Below, one piece after another: positions 1 through 10,538 of a DNA stretch of 64,000 nucleotides. The notes under the pieces were generated by a model. The model worked only from the letters and a program-made list of their open reading frames with translations. It was not told where the DNA came from and did not search any database. The position numbers and the translations under genes are program-made. This stretch comes from Mobula hypostoma (taxonomy: Eukaryota), in NCBI RefSeq assembly GCF_963921235.1, contig NC_086109.1, positions 28,088,001 through 28,152,000 of the forward strand, written 5' to 3'. Numbering within the stretch: the stretch's first letter is position 1; each line of letters opens with the position of its first letter.

Positions 1-900
1 CTTAAGGTGCCTTTGTTGCATCTTGGGCATCTCCTGGGAGAGACAGAGTACCAACTTCTGGGGTCACCCTTGTGCTGGTCCAGTCTGAACATCCTGCTCA
101 GGCAGTGTAGACTGTGCTGGTTGGGCCATATCTGCCACATGCAGGAAATCCCGAAAGACATCTTCTACGCTGATAAAACACATAAAAATTGCTGGTGAAC
201 GCAGCAGGCCAGGCAGCATCTATAGGAAGAGATACAGTCGACGCTTCGGGCCGACACCTTTCGTCAGGACTAACTGAAGGAAGAGCTATTAAGAGATTTG
301 AAAGTGGGAGGGGGAAGGGGAGATCTGAAATGATAGGAGAAGACAGGATGGGGAGGGTTGGAGCTAAGAGCTGGACAGTTGATTGGCAAAAGGGATGTGA
401 GAGGATCATGGGATGGGAGGCCTAGGGAGAAAGAAAGGGGGAGGGGGAAGCCCAGAGGATGGGCAAGGGGTATATTGAGAGGGACAGAGGGAGAAAAAGG
501 AGATAGAAAAAAAATATCTTCTACGCTGAGCCGGCTTCAGGCAAGGCCGTTGCAACTGTGCTACAGGGACGTTTGCAAGTGAGACATGAAGTTGCTCGAC
601 ATCAACACTGAGTCCTAGGAGAAACTTGCAGCCAGTCGCACCAGGTGGAGAAGCACCCTGAAACAACAACTTGTCAGGCGAAGAAATATTCCCGAAAGCG
701 GTAGAAGACAAATGGGGCCATAGAAAGGAACAGCACCGTTCCAGTAGAGCTGAGACCACCTATAGATGCAACCCTTGCAACCGAGACTGCCAATCTTGCA
801 TTGGTCTCATCAGCCATAGACAGTGTTATATCAACAACATAGATAGCTAGGATGCAACATCCATGGTTAACCTTGACCTACAGTGGGCCACCATCGTTAT
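1..900 (+). mobile_element. Decayed RTE-clade LINE 3' end, interrupted by a Penelope fragment at 174-515
   Basis: Translations LRCLCCILGISW, RLCWLGHICHMQEIPKDIFYA, QLCYRDVCK*DMKLLDINTES*EKLAASRTRWRSTL and YRCNPCNRDCQSCIGLISH resemble the RTE/BovB-like ORF C-terminus. The reading resumes across the insert. Confidence 0.8.
174..515 (-). mobile_element. Penelope-like element terminal-repeat fragment with 14-bp TSD
   Basis: Closely similar to 5427-5760 and to the reverse complement of about 61060-61400, which follows a GIY-YIG ORF. Flanked by exact ATCTTCTACGCTGA at 160-173 and 516-529. Confidence 0.85.
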
Positions 901-1159
901 GATGAGAATTAAATATGTTAACTGATACTGTAATAGAAAAATGATCAGATTGATTCACAGCTCCTCTGTGGTCTATCCCTGACTGCAAAACATCCAAGAC
1001 ATAGTAATAACTACCAACAAGAGTGAATTTATCATTGTGAAGGCCACAGTTTCTGAAAACCTAGTGGAACTAGTCATCTGATTTGTCAAGAGCAGGCAAC
1101 CTGTGGCAAATGTTTCAGTTCTGTTTTTTCATTTTTTTAAAACAATATATAAAGTGTGA

Positions 1160-1600
1160 GATTGGTGTGTAAATGAGTACTTGCCACTTGCCCGAAAACT
1201 GCAGTTCCAACAACTCTAAACATGCTCAACATTATCCAATAGAAAACATTCTGTTCGATTGGTACCTCATCCTCTACCCTAAGCACTCATCTCACCATGG
1301 CTCACTGTGGCAAAAAGTTGTGCTATATTTTGCCAAAAGACTTTTAACACCACCTCCTGAGCACATCTATCTAGTTGACCTCACAAGGAGGCATATAGGA
1401 ATGTAGTTTTATCTCTAAATATAATGTTCTCCTGCTTTAGAGATGTAGCTCTGTTCCTTCATTCTCACTGAGGCTAAGCTCCGCAAATCCCTCCTCTACC
1501 AGAGTGAGAGAGCACCTTCATCAGACAGATGGTGGCGTTCCAAGGAGATGTCTCTACACCACTTTCTTTAAGGTAGTTAGGTGTCATAAGATAAAGACAG
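1160..1600 (+). mobile_element. Old, highly diverged LINE 3' end (CR1/L2-group-like)
   Basis: Degenerate resemblance to LINE 3' ends by eye; no intact ORF. Confidence 0.4.
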
Positions 1601-2473
1601 CATTACATAAGTAAAGGTGCAGAAATAGATAATTAAATATATTACAGAATGGAGAATTGTCATATATTATATTAAAAATAGAAAGCTGACAAGTATGATA
1701 GGACTTGACCACGTTCCACTCCATGGTCTCTACAGGCAGGCTAACTAATTATGCCTCTCTTATCATTACTGAGGTGTCTGTTATCAGTGCTGAGGCAGTT
1801 CAAGCTGGAAACAAGTTTATTGAATACTGGGGCCATTGTTCATCTTATAGGATGGTGAATAGAGTGCTTGAGAAACATCGTGGAATTACCCAGAGCTATC
1901 TCTTGTCTGTCCACAAGAAGGTTAGACTGTCCCCTTATTCCACATTAGATACCTAGATGGGTATGTAAGAACCACAAATAATGTATTGTATTATCGGTCT
2001 TCAGCCAGCTGGGAGCTGGGGATGGACTGGAAAAATGTAAAATAGTGGGTGTTTTCCTTTGTGCTGCAGAGAGGTTGCCTGAGAGTTCCAGCAGCTTTCT
2101 CCCACCCGGTGTAAAACAATAAACCTTTGATAGTTGTAAGAGTCATTGGCCTCAAGTGATTCCTCAATCATCTGATTTCCACTAACGTGAGTGATGTGCA
2201 GTTATTGACAGCATTGCCAGAGACACTCATGTCTCACAAGGGAACAAACCAAAGAGGCCACATTTTTGAGTCAGTAATATGAGGTGATGATTTACCTCTC
2301 AGTAATGTCATGACTATTTCTGCTTTGTTTCCAACTTATTCAGCATCAACCTGTAAGTTTTTGGGAACACTTGGGGAGCCTAGATTTGGAACATGGTTTA
2401 GGTAGAATGCAAGTTGATGAAACAAATTAAACACATGAGGTGAATAAATAGACTCAACACTTGACTTAGTGAT

Positions 2474-2712
2474 GGGCACGTGGCCAAGTGGTTAAGGTGT
2501 TTGCCTAGTGATCTGAAGGTCGCTAGTTTGAGCCTCAGCTGTGCCAACGTGCTTGTGCCCTTGAGCAAGGCACTTAACCACACATTGCTCTAGTGTCTGT
2601 GTGAGGAGTGGCGCCCCACACAGACTTCCAATCTGCGCCTTGTCTTCCAATCTGCGCCTTGTAAGGCATGAAAATGCCCGACGCAGGCCTCTCATGGTCT
2701 GAGTTGATGTCC
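2474..2712 (+). mobile_element. tRNA-derived SINE with CORE-like central domain
   Basis: Pol III A-box TGGCCAAGTGG (2481-2491), B-box-like AGTTTGAGCC (2525-2534), CORE-like TGTGCCCTTGAGCAAGGCACTTAACC, and an internal 19-bp tandem duplication at 2625-2662. Confidence 0.75.
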
Positions 2713-3337
2713 GCCCCCCCCCCACCACCACCTTGTCTTAAGAAGCTGACATGCCCTAAGGGAATCTATCTGACTGGACTTGTTAGAGTATTTTAAAGAT
2801 AAGAATTAGTGTTATCTGTCACATGAACACCAAAACAGTGAAATGCTTTGTTTATGTCAACAATCCACATAGGGTGAATAGGTGAGGCCGTGCTTCCGGC
2901 AGTCATGTTGCATGTCAACAGCTCACTGCCCGTTACTAACCTTTAGAGCAGGGGAGGAAACCAGAGTATCTGGGGAAACTCACACTGTCAAGGGGAGAAT
3001 GTACAAACTCGTTACAGGCAGAAATGGTAACTGAACCCTGGCTGCTATTTTCCTTCACGTCGATTACTTAGACAATTCATTGGACTTGATGAAATAATTT
3101 AAATAACACAGCATTTTGCTGTCACTGTGATAATGGAAATGTAATCATCAAGTGCTTTTACAATGAAATATTTTGGGGAAAATAATGGGACAGGAAGCAG
3201 GTGGTGAAACAGAATTGTTGTTTTTAAAATAATAATTTCGACTTTCGTGATTAGGTTATAACTGCACCTGTTTATTACACATTTAAAAAGCTATTTGCAA
3301 AGATTCGCACCTTCCTTATTCCATTTGCTCCATTACT

Positions 3338-3730
3338 AGGTAGTCTCCAGCCCCTTGGTATGAACATAGAATTCTCCAACTTCCGGTAATTCCCTCCCCC
3401 TCCCTTCCCCTATCCCTATTTCACTCTGCCCACTCCCCCAGCTGCCTATCACCTCCTTCAGATTCTGCCTCCTTCAACTACCCATTGTGTTTTCCCCTAT
3501 ACCTTCTTCACCTTTTCTGCCTATCACCTCCCTGCTTCCCCTCCCCCACCATCTTTCTCCTTACTGGTTTTTCACCTGGAACCTACCAGCCTTCTCCTTC
3601 CCACCCTCCCCCCCACCTTCTTTATAGGGCCTCTGCCCCTTCCCTCTACAGTCCTGATGAAGGGTTCCGGCCCGAAACGTTGGCCACGGATGCTGCCTGA
3701 CCTGCTGAGTTCCTCCAGCGTGTTGTGAGT
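3338..3730 (+). mobile_element. Penelope-like 3' end/terminal repeat fragment
   Basis: ORF tail GMNIEFSNFR*, pyrimidine-rich tract, hammerhead-like CTGATGA...GAAAC at 3654-3678. Possible degenerate TSD TTTGCTCCATTACT (3324-3337) / TTTGCTGAATTACT (3731-3744). Confidence 0.8.
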
Positions 3731-3776
3731 TTTGCTGAATTACTCCAGCAGTTTCTCCAGTTGATTTGTTTTCTAA

Positions 3777-3790
3777 CCACTAGATGGCAA
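3777..3790 (+). promoter_or_regulatory. Candidate CTCF binding site
   Basis: CCACTAGATGGCAA matches the CTCF core consensus CCASYAGRKGGCRS at all but the last position. Confidence 0.45.
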
Positions 3791-4429
3791 TACCAAACTA
3801 TAAATAGAAAAAGAAATAAAGCAAATTCTAAAAGCAGCCCAGATGTTTTTGACAATGCCAGCAGGTGGAGAATGTGTGCAGCGAATTACAATGCTAGGAA
3901 GGAAAGCAAGAGGAAATATTTAAGAATAAGTCAAACAAATAGCATTAAGCTTTCTCAAAGACATTACAACAATCCAATGAATCACAATAAATTAAAATGC
4001 ACAGCATTTGTAAAGAATGCTAAAGATTTCAAGATATTCTCTTTCAGTAAGATGCAAACAGAAATGTTGAAAGGGTGAATATTTTATTTTCTTAACTTAA
4101 AAACAGCCCATAGGTAGAATACCTCAGTAGCAGCAACCAGGTGATTTTTCATGCTGACGGTGGATCCTTGGGCAAAGCATGATTTGAAGCATAGTATTAA
4201 CAGTTATCTTTAGGTCTTTCGAATAAAGCTGAATCCAGCAAGGATCCATATGCACTTGATGCTTATGTGAAGAATAACATATACATTTAAAAATAAACTA
4301 ACGTAAATCTACAATTTTCTCCTTTTATATTTTGCCTTTTGCCTCATCTTGATTGCTGTTATATTTCTGTCAGCTACTATATTAAAAAAAAAGGATTTTG
4401 GATAGAAATATAGTGTTGAAATAGTGAAA

Positions 4430-4700
4430 TTAGATCTCCTTTGCGACCACATGGGTTTCTTTTGTGTTCTCTGGCTTTCTCCTACATTGTAAAGATGTAC
4501 AGATTGGTAAATCAATTGGCCACTATAAAGTGCCCCAATGTGTACTGTAGTGTGCAGGCAAGTAGTAGAATCTGGGGGCAGTTGAAACTCTTGTGGTGAG
4601 AATAAAGGGTAGCAGTAACATAGGATTATTGTAAAATGGGTGGTGGATCATCAGTGGTTGAAGGGCTTGCTTCTATGGTATACCTTTCTATGACTCTGAA
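4430..4700 (+). mobile_element. Diverged V-SINE-like fragment
   Basis: GGGTTTC...GGCTTTCTCCTACA...TTGGTAAATCAATTGGCCACTATAAAGTGCCCC pattern shared with 17785-17990, 29060-29200 and 29670-29960. Confidence 0.55.
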
Positions 4701-4739
4701 ACCCATGCGGTTCTGTGCAAGTTTCTATGCCTACAAGAG

Positions 4740-6036
4740 ATCCTGATTACAATTTTGAAATTTTTTGTGGACCTCAGGAAGTCAAGGGAACATACACCAA
4801 TCCTCATTGACGGATTAGCAGTGGAAAGGGAGAGCAGTTTCAAGTTTCTGTGTGTCAACATCTCAAAAGATCTATCCTGGGACCAATGTGTTGATGCAAT
4901 TACAAAGAAGGGACGAAAATGGCAATACTTCATTAGGACTTTGAAGGGATGGTATGCTAATTCTTGCAAATTTCTACAGATGTACCATGGAGAGTATGCT
5001 AACTGGTTACATCACTGTCTGGTATCGCGGGCCACTGTCCAGGATTGGAAAAAGCTGCAAAAAAAGTTACATACTCAGCCAGCTCTATCATGGGCAGCAG
5101 CCGCCCCAACATTGAGGACACTTTCAGAAAGCGATGACTTAAGAAGGTGGCATCCATCATTAAAGATACCCATCACCCAGAACATGCTATCATAGAGGGG
5201 GTAGAGGAGGCTGAAGACACACTCAATGTTTCAGGAACAGCTTCTTCCCCTCCACCATTAGATTTCTGAGTGGACCCATGTACAGACCTCACTATTTTTT
5301 GGCTCACTTTTTGCACTACCTATTTAATTTAATTTTTATATTTATTCCTTAGAGTAACTCATATTTTAAAAAGATTATTATGTATTGCAATGTACTTCTG
5401 TCGCAAATCAACGAAGCTCATGACATCAACACACAACAAAGTTGCTGGTGAACGCAGCAGGCCAGGCAGCATCTGTAGGAAGAGGTGCAGTCGACGTTTC
5501 AGGCCGAGACTCTTTGTCAGGACTAACTGAAGGAAGAGTGAGTAAGGGATTTGAAAGTTGGAGGGGGAGGGGGAGATCCAAAATGATAGGAGAAGACAGG
5601 AGGGGGAGGGATAGAGCCAAGAGCTGGACAGTTGACAGGCAAAAGGGGATACGAGAGGATCATGGGACAGGAGGTCCGGGAAGAAAGGCAAGGCGGGGGG
5701 GGGGACCCAGAGGATGGGCAAGAGGTATATTCAGAGGGACAGAGGGAGAAAAAAGAGAGTGAGAGAAAGAATGTGTGCATAAAAATAAGTAACAGATGGG
5801 GTACGAGGGGGAGGTGGGGCCTTAGCGGAAGTTAGAGAAGTCGATGTTCATGCCATCAGGTTGGAGGCTACCCAGACGGAATATAAGGTGTTGTTCCTCC
5901 AACCTGAGTGTGGCTTCATCTTTACAGTAAAGGAGGCCGTGGGTAGACATGTCAGAATGGGAATGGGATGTGAAATAAAAATCTCATGATATATACCCTT
6001 GATATTAAACCTGATTTTAATTCCGATTCTGATTTT
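4740..6036 (+). mobile_element. Rex1/Babar-like LINE 3' fragment, interrupted by a Penelope fragment at 5427-5980
   Basis: VDLRKSREHTPILIDGLAVERESSFKFLCVNISKDLSW matches the Rex1/Babar RT C-terminal region. The 3' tail (ctgatt repeats) resumes after the insert. Confidence 0.75.
5427..5980 (-). mobile_element. Penelope-like 3' fragment (GIY-YIG C-terminus plus terminal repeat)
   Basis: Near-identical to the reverse complement of about 60850-61400. Degenerate TSD CTCATGACAT (5417-5426) / CTCATGATAT (5983-5992). Confidence 0.85.
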
Positions 6037-7409
6037 GAAATGAGCTTCAACCATTTTTGTTTTGCTATTCACCTCATTGCCTTTTCTCTTGTCTCTTAGT
6101 CTGCCTCCTTCATGTAACTAGGACTTTTCTTTCCTTCTCTCCATATTCAAATATTCATCTGACTAGTTCCTTACAGCAAAATACTCAGTAAATTTATGGT
6201 CTAGTTATAAGTTATCCAAGCTTCTTGTGATAAAAAATCACTTCACCTTTCCCAAAGAGAATTTGTGCAAATTTCTATCACGTGTTTCAAGGTAAAGATG
6301 AATTTTCTTGCCATATTCTGTCAAAAAATCTATGCTGGATCTTGCTCTTACATTCATAGAATATTGCATTATATTTTAAAAAGAAAGACAATTCATATGC
6401 CTGTAGGAAAGTTTTTGGAAAAAAGTAAAGTTAAATCAAAAAAGGGATGTGATTTGGGGGCTAGTCAAGGATGATGGTGAAAAATACCGGATCAGAAAGG
6501 TAACATAACACACTGGAGAGGTGTTGCAGAGGCGTTCAAAGTGGAATTATAGACAGTGTTACTGAGAGGTGATAGGAGAGATACACAGGCAATAATCAGA
6601 GAAAGGGAGAAAGAGGATAAGAAGAAAAAGAGCCGGAAGATAAAGAACGAAGCCATGGGAAGTTTGGGAAATCAGGATAAGAATTTATAATTTGAGCTCT
6701 GCAGAATTACGAGCAGCATTTTGTATTGCTGACTTGGCAATTTTGTCTACCCACATTCAATTTCTAATAGCTACTCCTTCTCAGAGCTCCATCAATCCTC
6801 AGAAAAAAAAAAATCCTCTTATAGGGTAACTTCTTATTGTTTCCCGGGACTGTCATATGGAAGGTGGTAGGTTGTAGGTCCAGGAAATTTCTGGAGACAC
6901 ATCACTGCATGAATGCAGCATGCCTTTTTGTAGTCTGTGTTCTAGTTAGTCCCAAAGATTCACTGATGAGTGCTCCACTATTGACCAAGGTCTTTAGTGG
7001 TATGGAAGATAAACTTTTCTAAATGTTTTTGTTTCTCTGTTTTTGTTTTTTCTGGCACTTCTCAGTGCTGCATCACATAGAGAGCTAATGGGATTTTTAT
7101 TATATGTATAAATGACTTATTTTTGCTGATAATTACTGGAAAATAGCCCCTGACTTGTGTTGAGAATGGGACAGGTCTGGTGGTGTAAGCAGAAGTTCTA
7201 ACAACCGAATTCTTCACTAAAGAAAAGACTGATGGGAATTTTTCTGTTAAAATTGAGGGTTTGGTGGAGAATTAAATAGTTAGAAGGAAAAGGTCTAACT
7301 TCAGCTCCTATCTGGAACTCCCATAACACTTTATGTCATATTTCTCTGTCCATTGAATGTCATCTTATTTCTTAGTCATGATTTCCACTTTTTTAAGATG
7401 GAATTTATG

Positions 7410-7945
7410 ATTGAATTGAACTGAATTTATTGCTAACATCCTTCATATACATGAGGATAAAAATCTTTATGTGAAGTCTCCTTCTAAATGTGTAATGTGC
7501 AATTTATAGTAATTTATAATAAATAAATAGGATGTGCAACAGGACAGTTGATTTAACATGGAAATACAATCGTATCAGCATGAATTAATCAGTCTGATGG
7601 CCTGGTGGAAGAAGCTGTCCTGGAACCTGTTGATCCTGGCTTTTATCCTGTGGTACGTTTTCCTGGATGGTAGCAGCTGCAACAGTTTGTGGTTGGGGTG
7701 ACTCGGGTCCCCAGTGATCCTTTGGGCTCTTTTTACTCACCTGTCTTCGTATGTGTCCTGAATAGTGGGAAATACACATCTACAGATGCACTGGGCTGTC
7801 CACACCGCTCTCTGCGGAGTCCTGTGATTGAGGGAAGTTCAGTTCCCATACCAGGCAGTGATGCAGCCAGTCAGGATGCTCTCAATTGTGCCCCTATAGA
7901 AAGTTCTTAGGATTTAGGGGTCCTCATCAAACTTCTTCAATCATC
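7410..7945 (-). mobile_element. Rex1/Babar-like LINE 3' fragment
   Basis: Minus strand resembles the Rex1 C-terminus and 3' end (GACAGCTTCTTCCACCAGGCCATCAGACTG), with a short tandem tail near 7410-7428. Confidence 0.65.
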
Positions 7946-9592
7946 TGATACTAATATTGCATGAATTATTAGGATTATTAATATTGATCCTTTACTAATT
8001 TGTTTATTATTAATTATAAATTACTATTACTCTAATATTGCATGCATTCCCCTTCACATGGGAAAGATATTGATACTGATTTTATGTAGTTAGGGTAATC
8101 CGATATTATCAAATACGCACAAAATGTATTTTTGTTTCTGCGGACTTGTATTTGATCTGTTGTTTCCAAAGAAAATCAGAAGATCAAATATAAAGCTTTG
8201 CTTTATGTCTAGCAGAAATCACGTATGATTTTCCAGAGCACATTTGACACAATTTGCCTTTCAGAGGCAGAGCATTGCTTCAGATACCATTCAATTATTT
8301 TAATTGCCCAATATGAGTATACTTATTTCTTGAAGCTCTTTGATTGTATAGCTTTTGACAATTCTTTGCTTGTTACTATAATTTAATCTATATGAAATAT
8401 ATTTTTTCTGCTTCAACACTTGTCAACCTCTGTGCACATACCTGCAGAGAGAGATGAAACAAAATATTGCAACTGCTGAACAGTGGAAAAGAAGATTCGT
8501 TGACAAAAGCTACTTTTAGACTTTCAGTGGGAACTTTTTTTGTATATAAAATAAAATTTAACAATATGAAATAGCATCAGAGCTCCAAGATCATTCCCCA
8601 TGCAATGACAGGTGGTATATTCCATATTTACTACTGAAACATCTCACTAGAGACACCTTTATTGCATTGCAAAGTAAACACTTCTTTCCTAGCAGATGGC
8701 AACCATTGATCAGGCATTCTCCTGAGCTTGTTGCACTCTGTTGCTTTACTTATAAGGGAAAAAAAAATCAGTAACACTCTGGGGACATGTTAACCAAATG
8801 TACCAATGCCTACTTTCATGAAGATGTATTCTAATTAATCAGAGCTGCCAGTGATAATTTGACATGTGCTTTATCCTTTAACAAATCAAGTATAATTAAT
8901 GATAAATATACCATTTGTAAGCATTGATAATTCTTGTTACGATGGGCTTCTGTTTAAATGTAAGAGTTGATGAGTTATTTCTTTGAAGTGTACAGATCTT
9001 CCATGATGTGCAGGCTGATCGTGTGCTTCCAGTTCAATATTCTTTAAAGTGAATGGATTAAAAGATTTCAGTGTTATTACAGTAAGCACAAATAGATGAT
9101 TTAATTTCCGTTATACGAACCTGAAGATCCACATCCTGAGATTCAACAACAGCTTCTTGAAACAACCTAAAGAACCGTAATTCTACCTTGGAGTATATAT
9201 ATTTCTCTCTCACTCAATCTTGCATGAGTGTTGCTATGTTTATCTTGTTGTTTGTTTTGCACACTTGCAAACTGTCTGTTAATAGCTTATGTTAACTTCT
9301 GTTTCTCCAAATCTTGAACTGTACTGAATATGTAATGCTGCTGCAAAAAGCTCACTTTCATGGTATTTTTATATCTTGTGCATATGCATGCCTATGACAG
9401 CAATAAACTTGAACACCTCATATTTGCCACTTCGAAAGATCTGCCTTCTTACTTCAACTTTTTAAACTATTGTTGCAACAAATGCATTATGCCTGTTAAT
9501 GTTCTCATTTATTTTAACATACATTTTTTTCTGCCTTTTCCTGGGACAGATTACCAATAGTATTACTTCTCCAGGATCTTTGCAGTTTATAG

Positions 9593-10440
9593 TGTGACCG
9601 GAATACACATAGATTAAGATGTTAGCTGTCCTGTGGAATCAGCAGTTGGTCTTCCACCTGTCTTCAGGAGAGAGAGATAGAAACAATGGAGCAGCATTTG
9701 GAGATGTGTAATGAAGGGACGGGAGAGAGAGAGCTGTCTAGAGCGGCTCCCCCTTTGAACCCTGAACTGTTTGAAGTGATAGACAGGTGATACCCCAGCA
9801 GGGGGATAAAAAGGGACAGGTTTGCTAAGGCGGGACACACATGACACCCGAGGTAATGAGACCCTGGAAGTGGTGCGCCTCTCACAAGTCAGTGGGAAGC
9901 TTTTCGACGGCTGATTGCAGGATCAAGCCATAAACGCACAGGGTGGAAAGGCACGATTGGCGGGAACCTGGTGTGTGTCCACCTTTGCCTGGGTGCCAGG
10001 TTCAGCGCAGGGAAACCATCGTATCTGAAAACGGAGGGGTCACGGTCGGTGACCTCAGATGACATCACAAAGGACACACCCGACAGCTGACTACGAAGGT
10101 CTGTGTGTGGAAGCTGTGTTGAATATTCATTCGTTTTGCTCTCTCTCCTCCCCCCCCACTGTCCTTTGCCACGGCAACGATTACTGCAAACTGAACTAAA
10201 TTGAACTGAACTTTGTGTCACTTTGAAACTGGTCATTTGCCCCTAGACAACGATAGAGCTTGATTGATCCTGAATTCTGTGAACATGTATGTTTATCATT
10301 GCTGAACTGTTGCATTCATTATCCTTTTGATTAGAGTACTGTGTTGCTTGTTTCTTTAATAAAACTTTCTTAGTTCTAGTAATCCAGTGTGAGTGATCCA
10401 TTTCTGCTGGTTTGGCAACCCAGTTACAGGGTACGTAACA
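9593..10440 (+). repeat. 5' LTR (848 bp)
   Basis: Starts TGTGACC and ends CGTAACA just before the PBS. 10241-10440 aligns to 15229-15442. TATA-like GATAAAAA at 9805 and AATAAA at 10358. Confidence 0.9.
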
Positions 10441-10444
10441 TAAG

Positions 10445-10462
10445 TGGGGGCTCGTCCGGGAT
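10445..10462 (+). promoter_or_regulatory. Primer binding site complementary to tRNA-Pro
   Basis: TGGGGGCTCGTCCGGGAT is the reverse complement of the 3' 18 nt of vertebrate tRNA-Pro (the same PBS as MLV). Confidence 0.9.
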
Positions 10463-10538
10463 TTTGAACACTAAATTTGGGACGGAGTAAATTGATTGGG
10501 TCAAAATTCCCGAAAGAAAGAAAAGGCAAACAGCAGAA

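Noticed and set aside
98..582. Several overlapping 60-105 aa ORFs, with near-copies at 5359-5835 and 61050-61825
   Set aside because: They are chance frames in the non-coding, purine/pyrimidine-skewed Penelope terminal repeat. They recur because the repeat recurs.
2474..2545. tRNA gene
   Set aside because: A and B boxes are present but there is no convincing cloverleaf, and the sequence continues into a SINE body.
3725..4078. 117-aa ORF, and other 60-120 aa ORFs in AT-rich unique sequence (e.g. 18226-18573, 23265-23618, 46732-47061)
   Set aside because: No recognisable domains, several use non-ATG starts or overlap repeats, and their lengths are within chance expectation.
10445..10462. Endogenous gammaretrovirus, suggested by the MLV-like tRNA-Pro PBS
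   Set aside because: There is no env gene, the RT and integrase motifs are Gypsy-like, and the integrase precedes RT.
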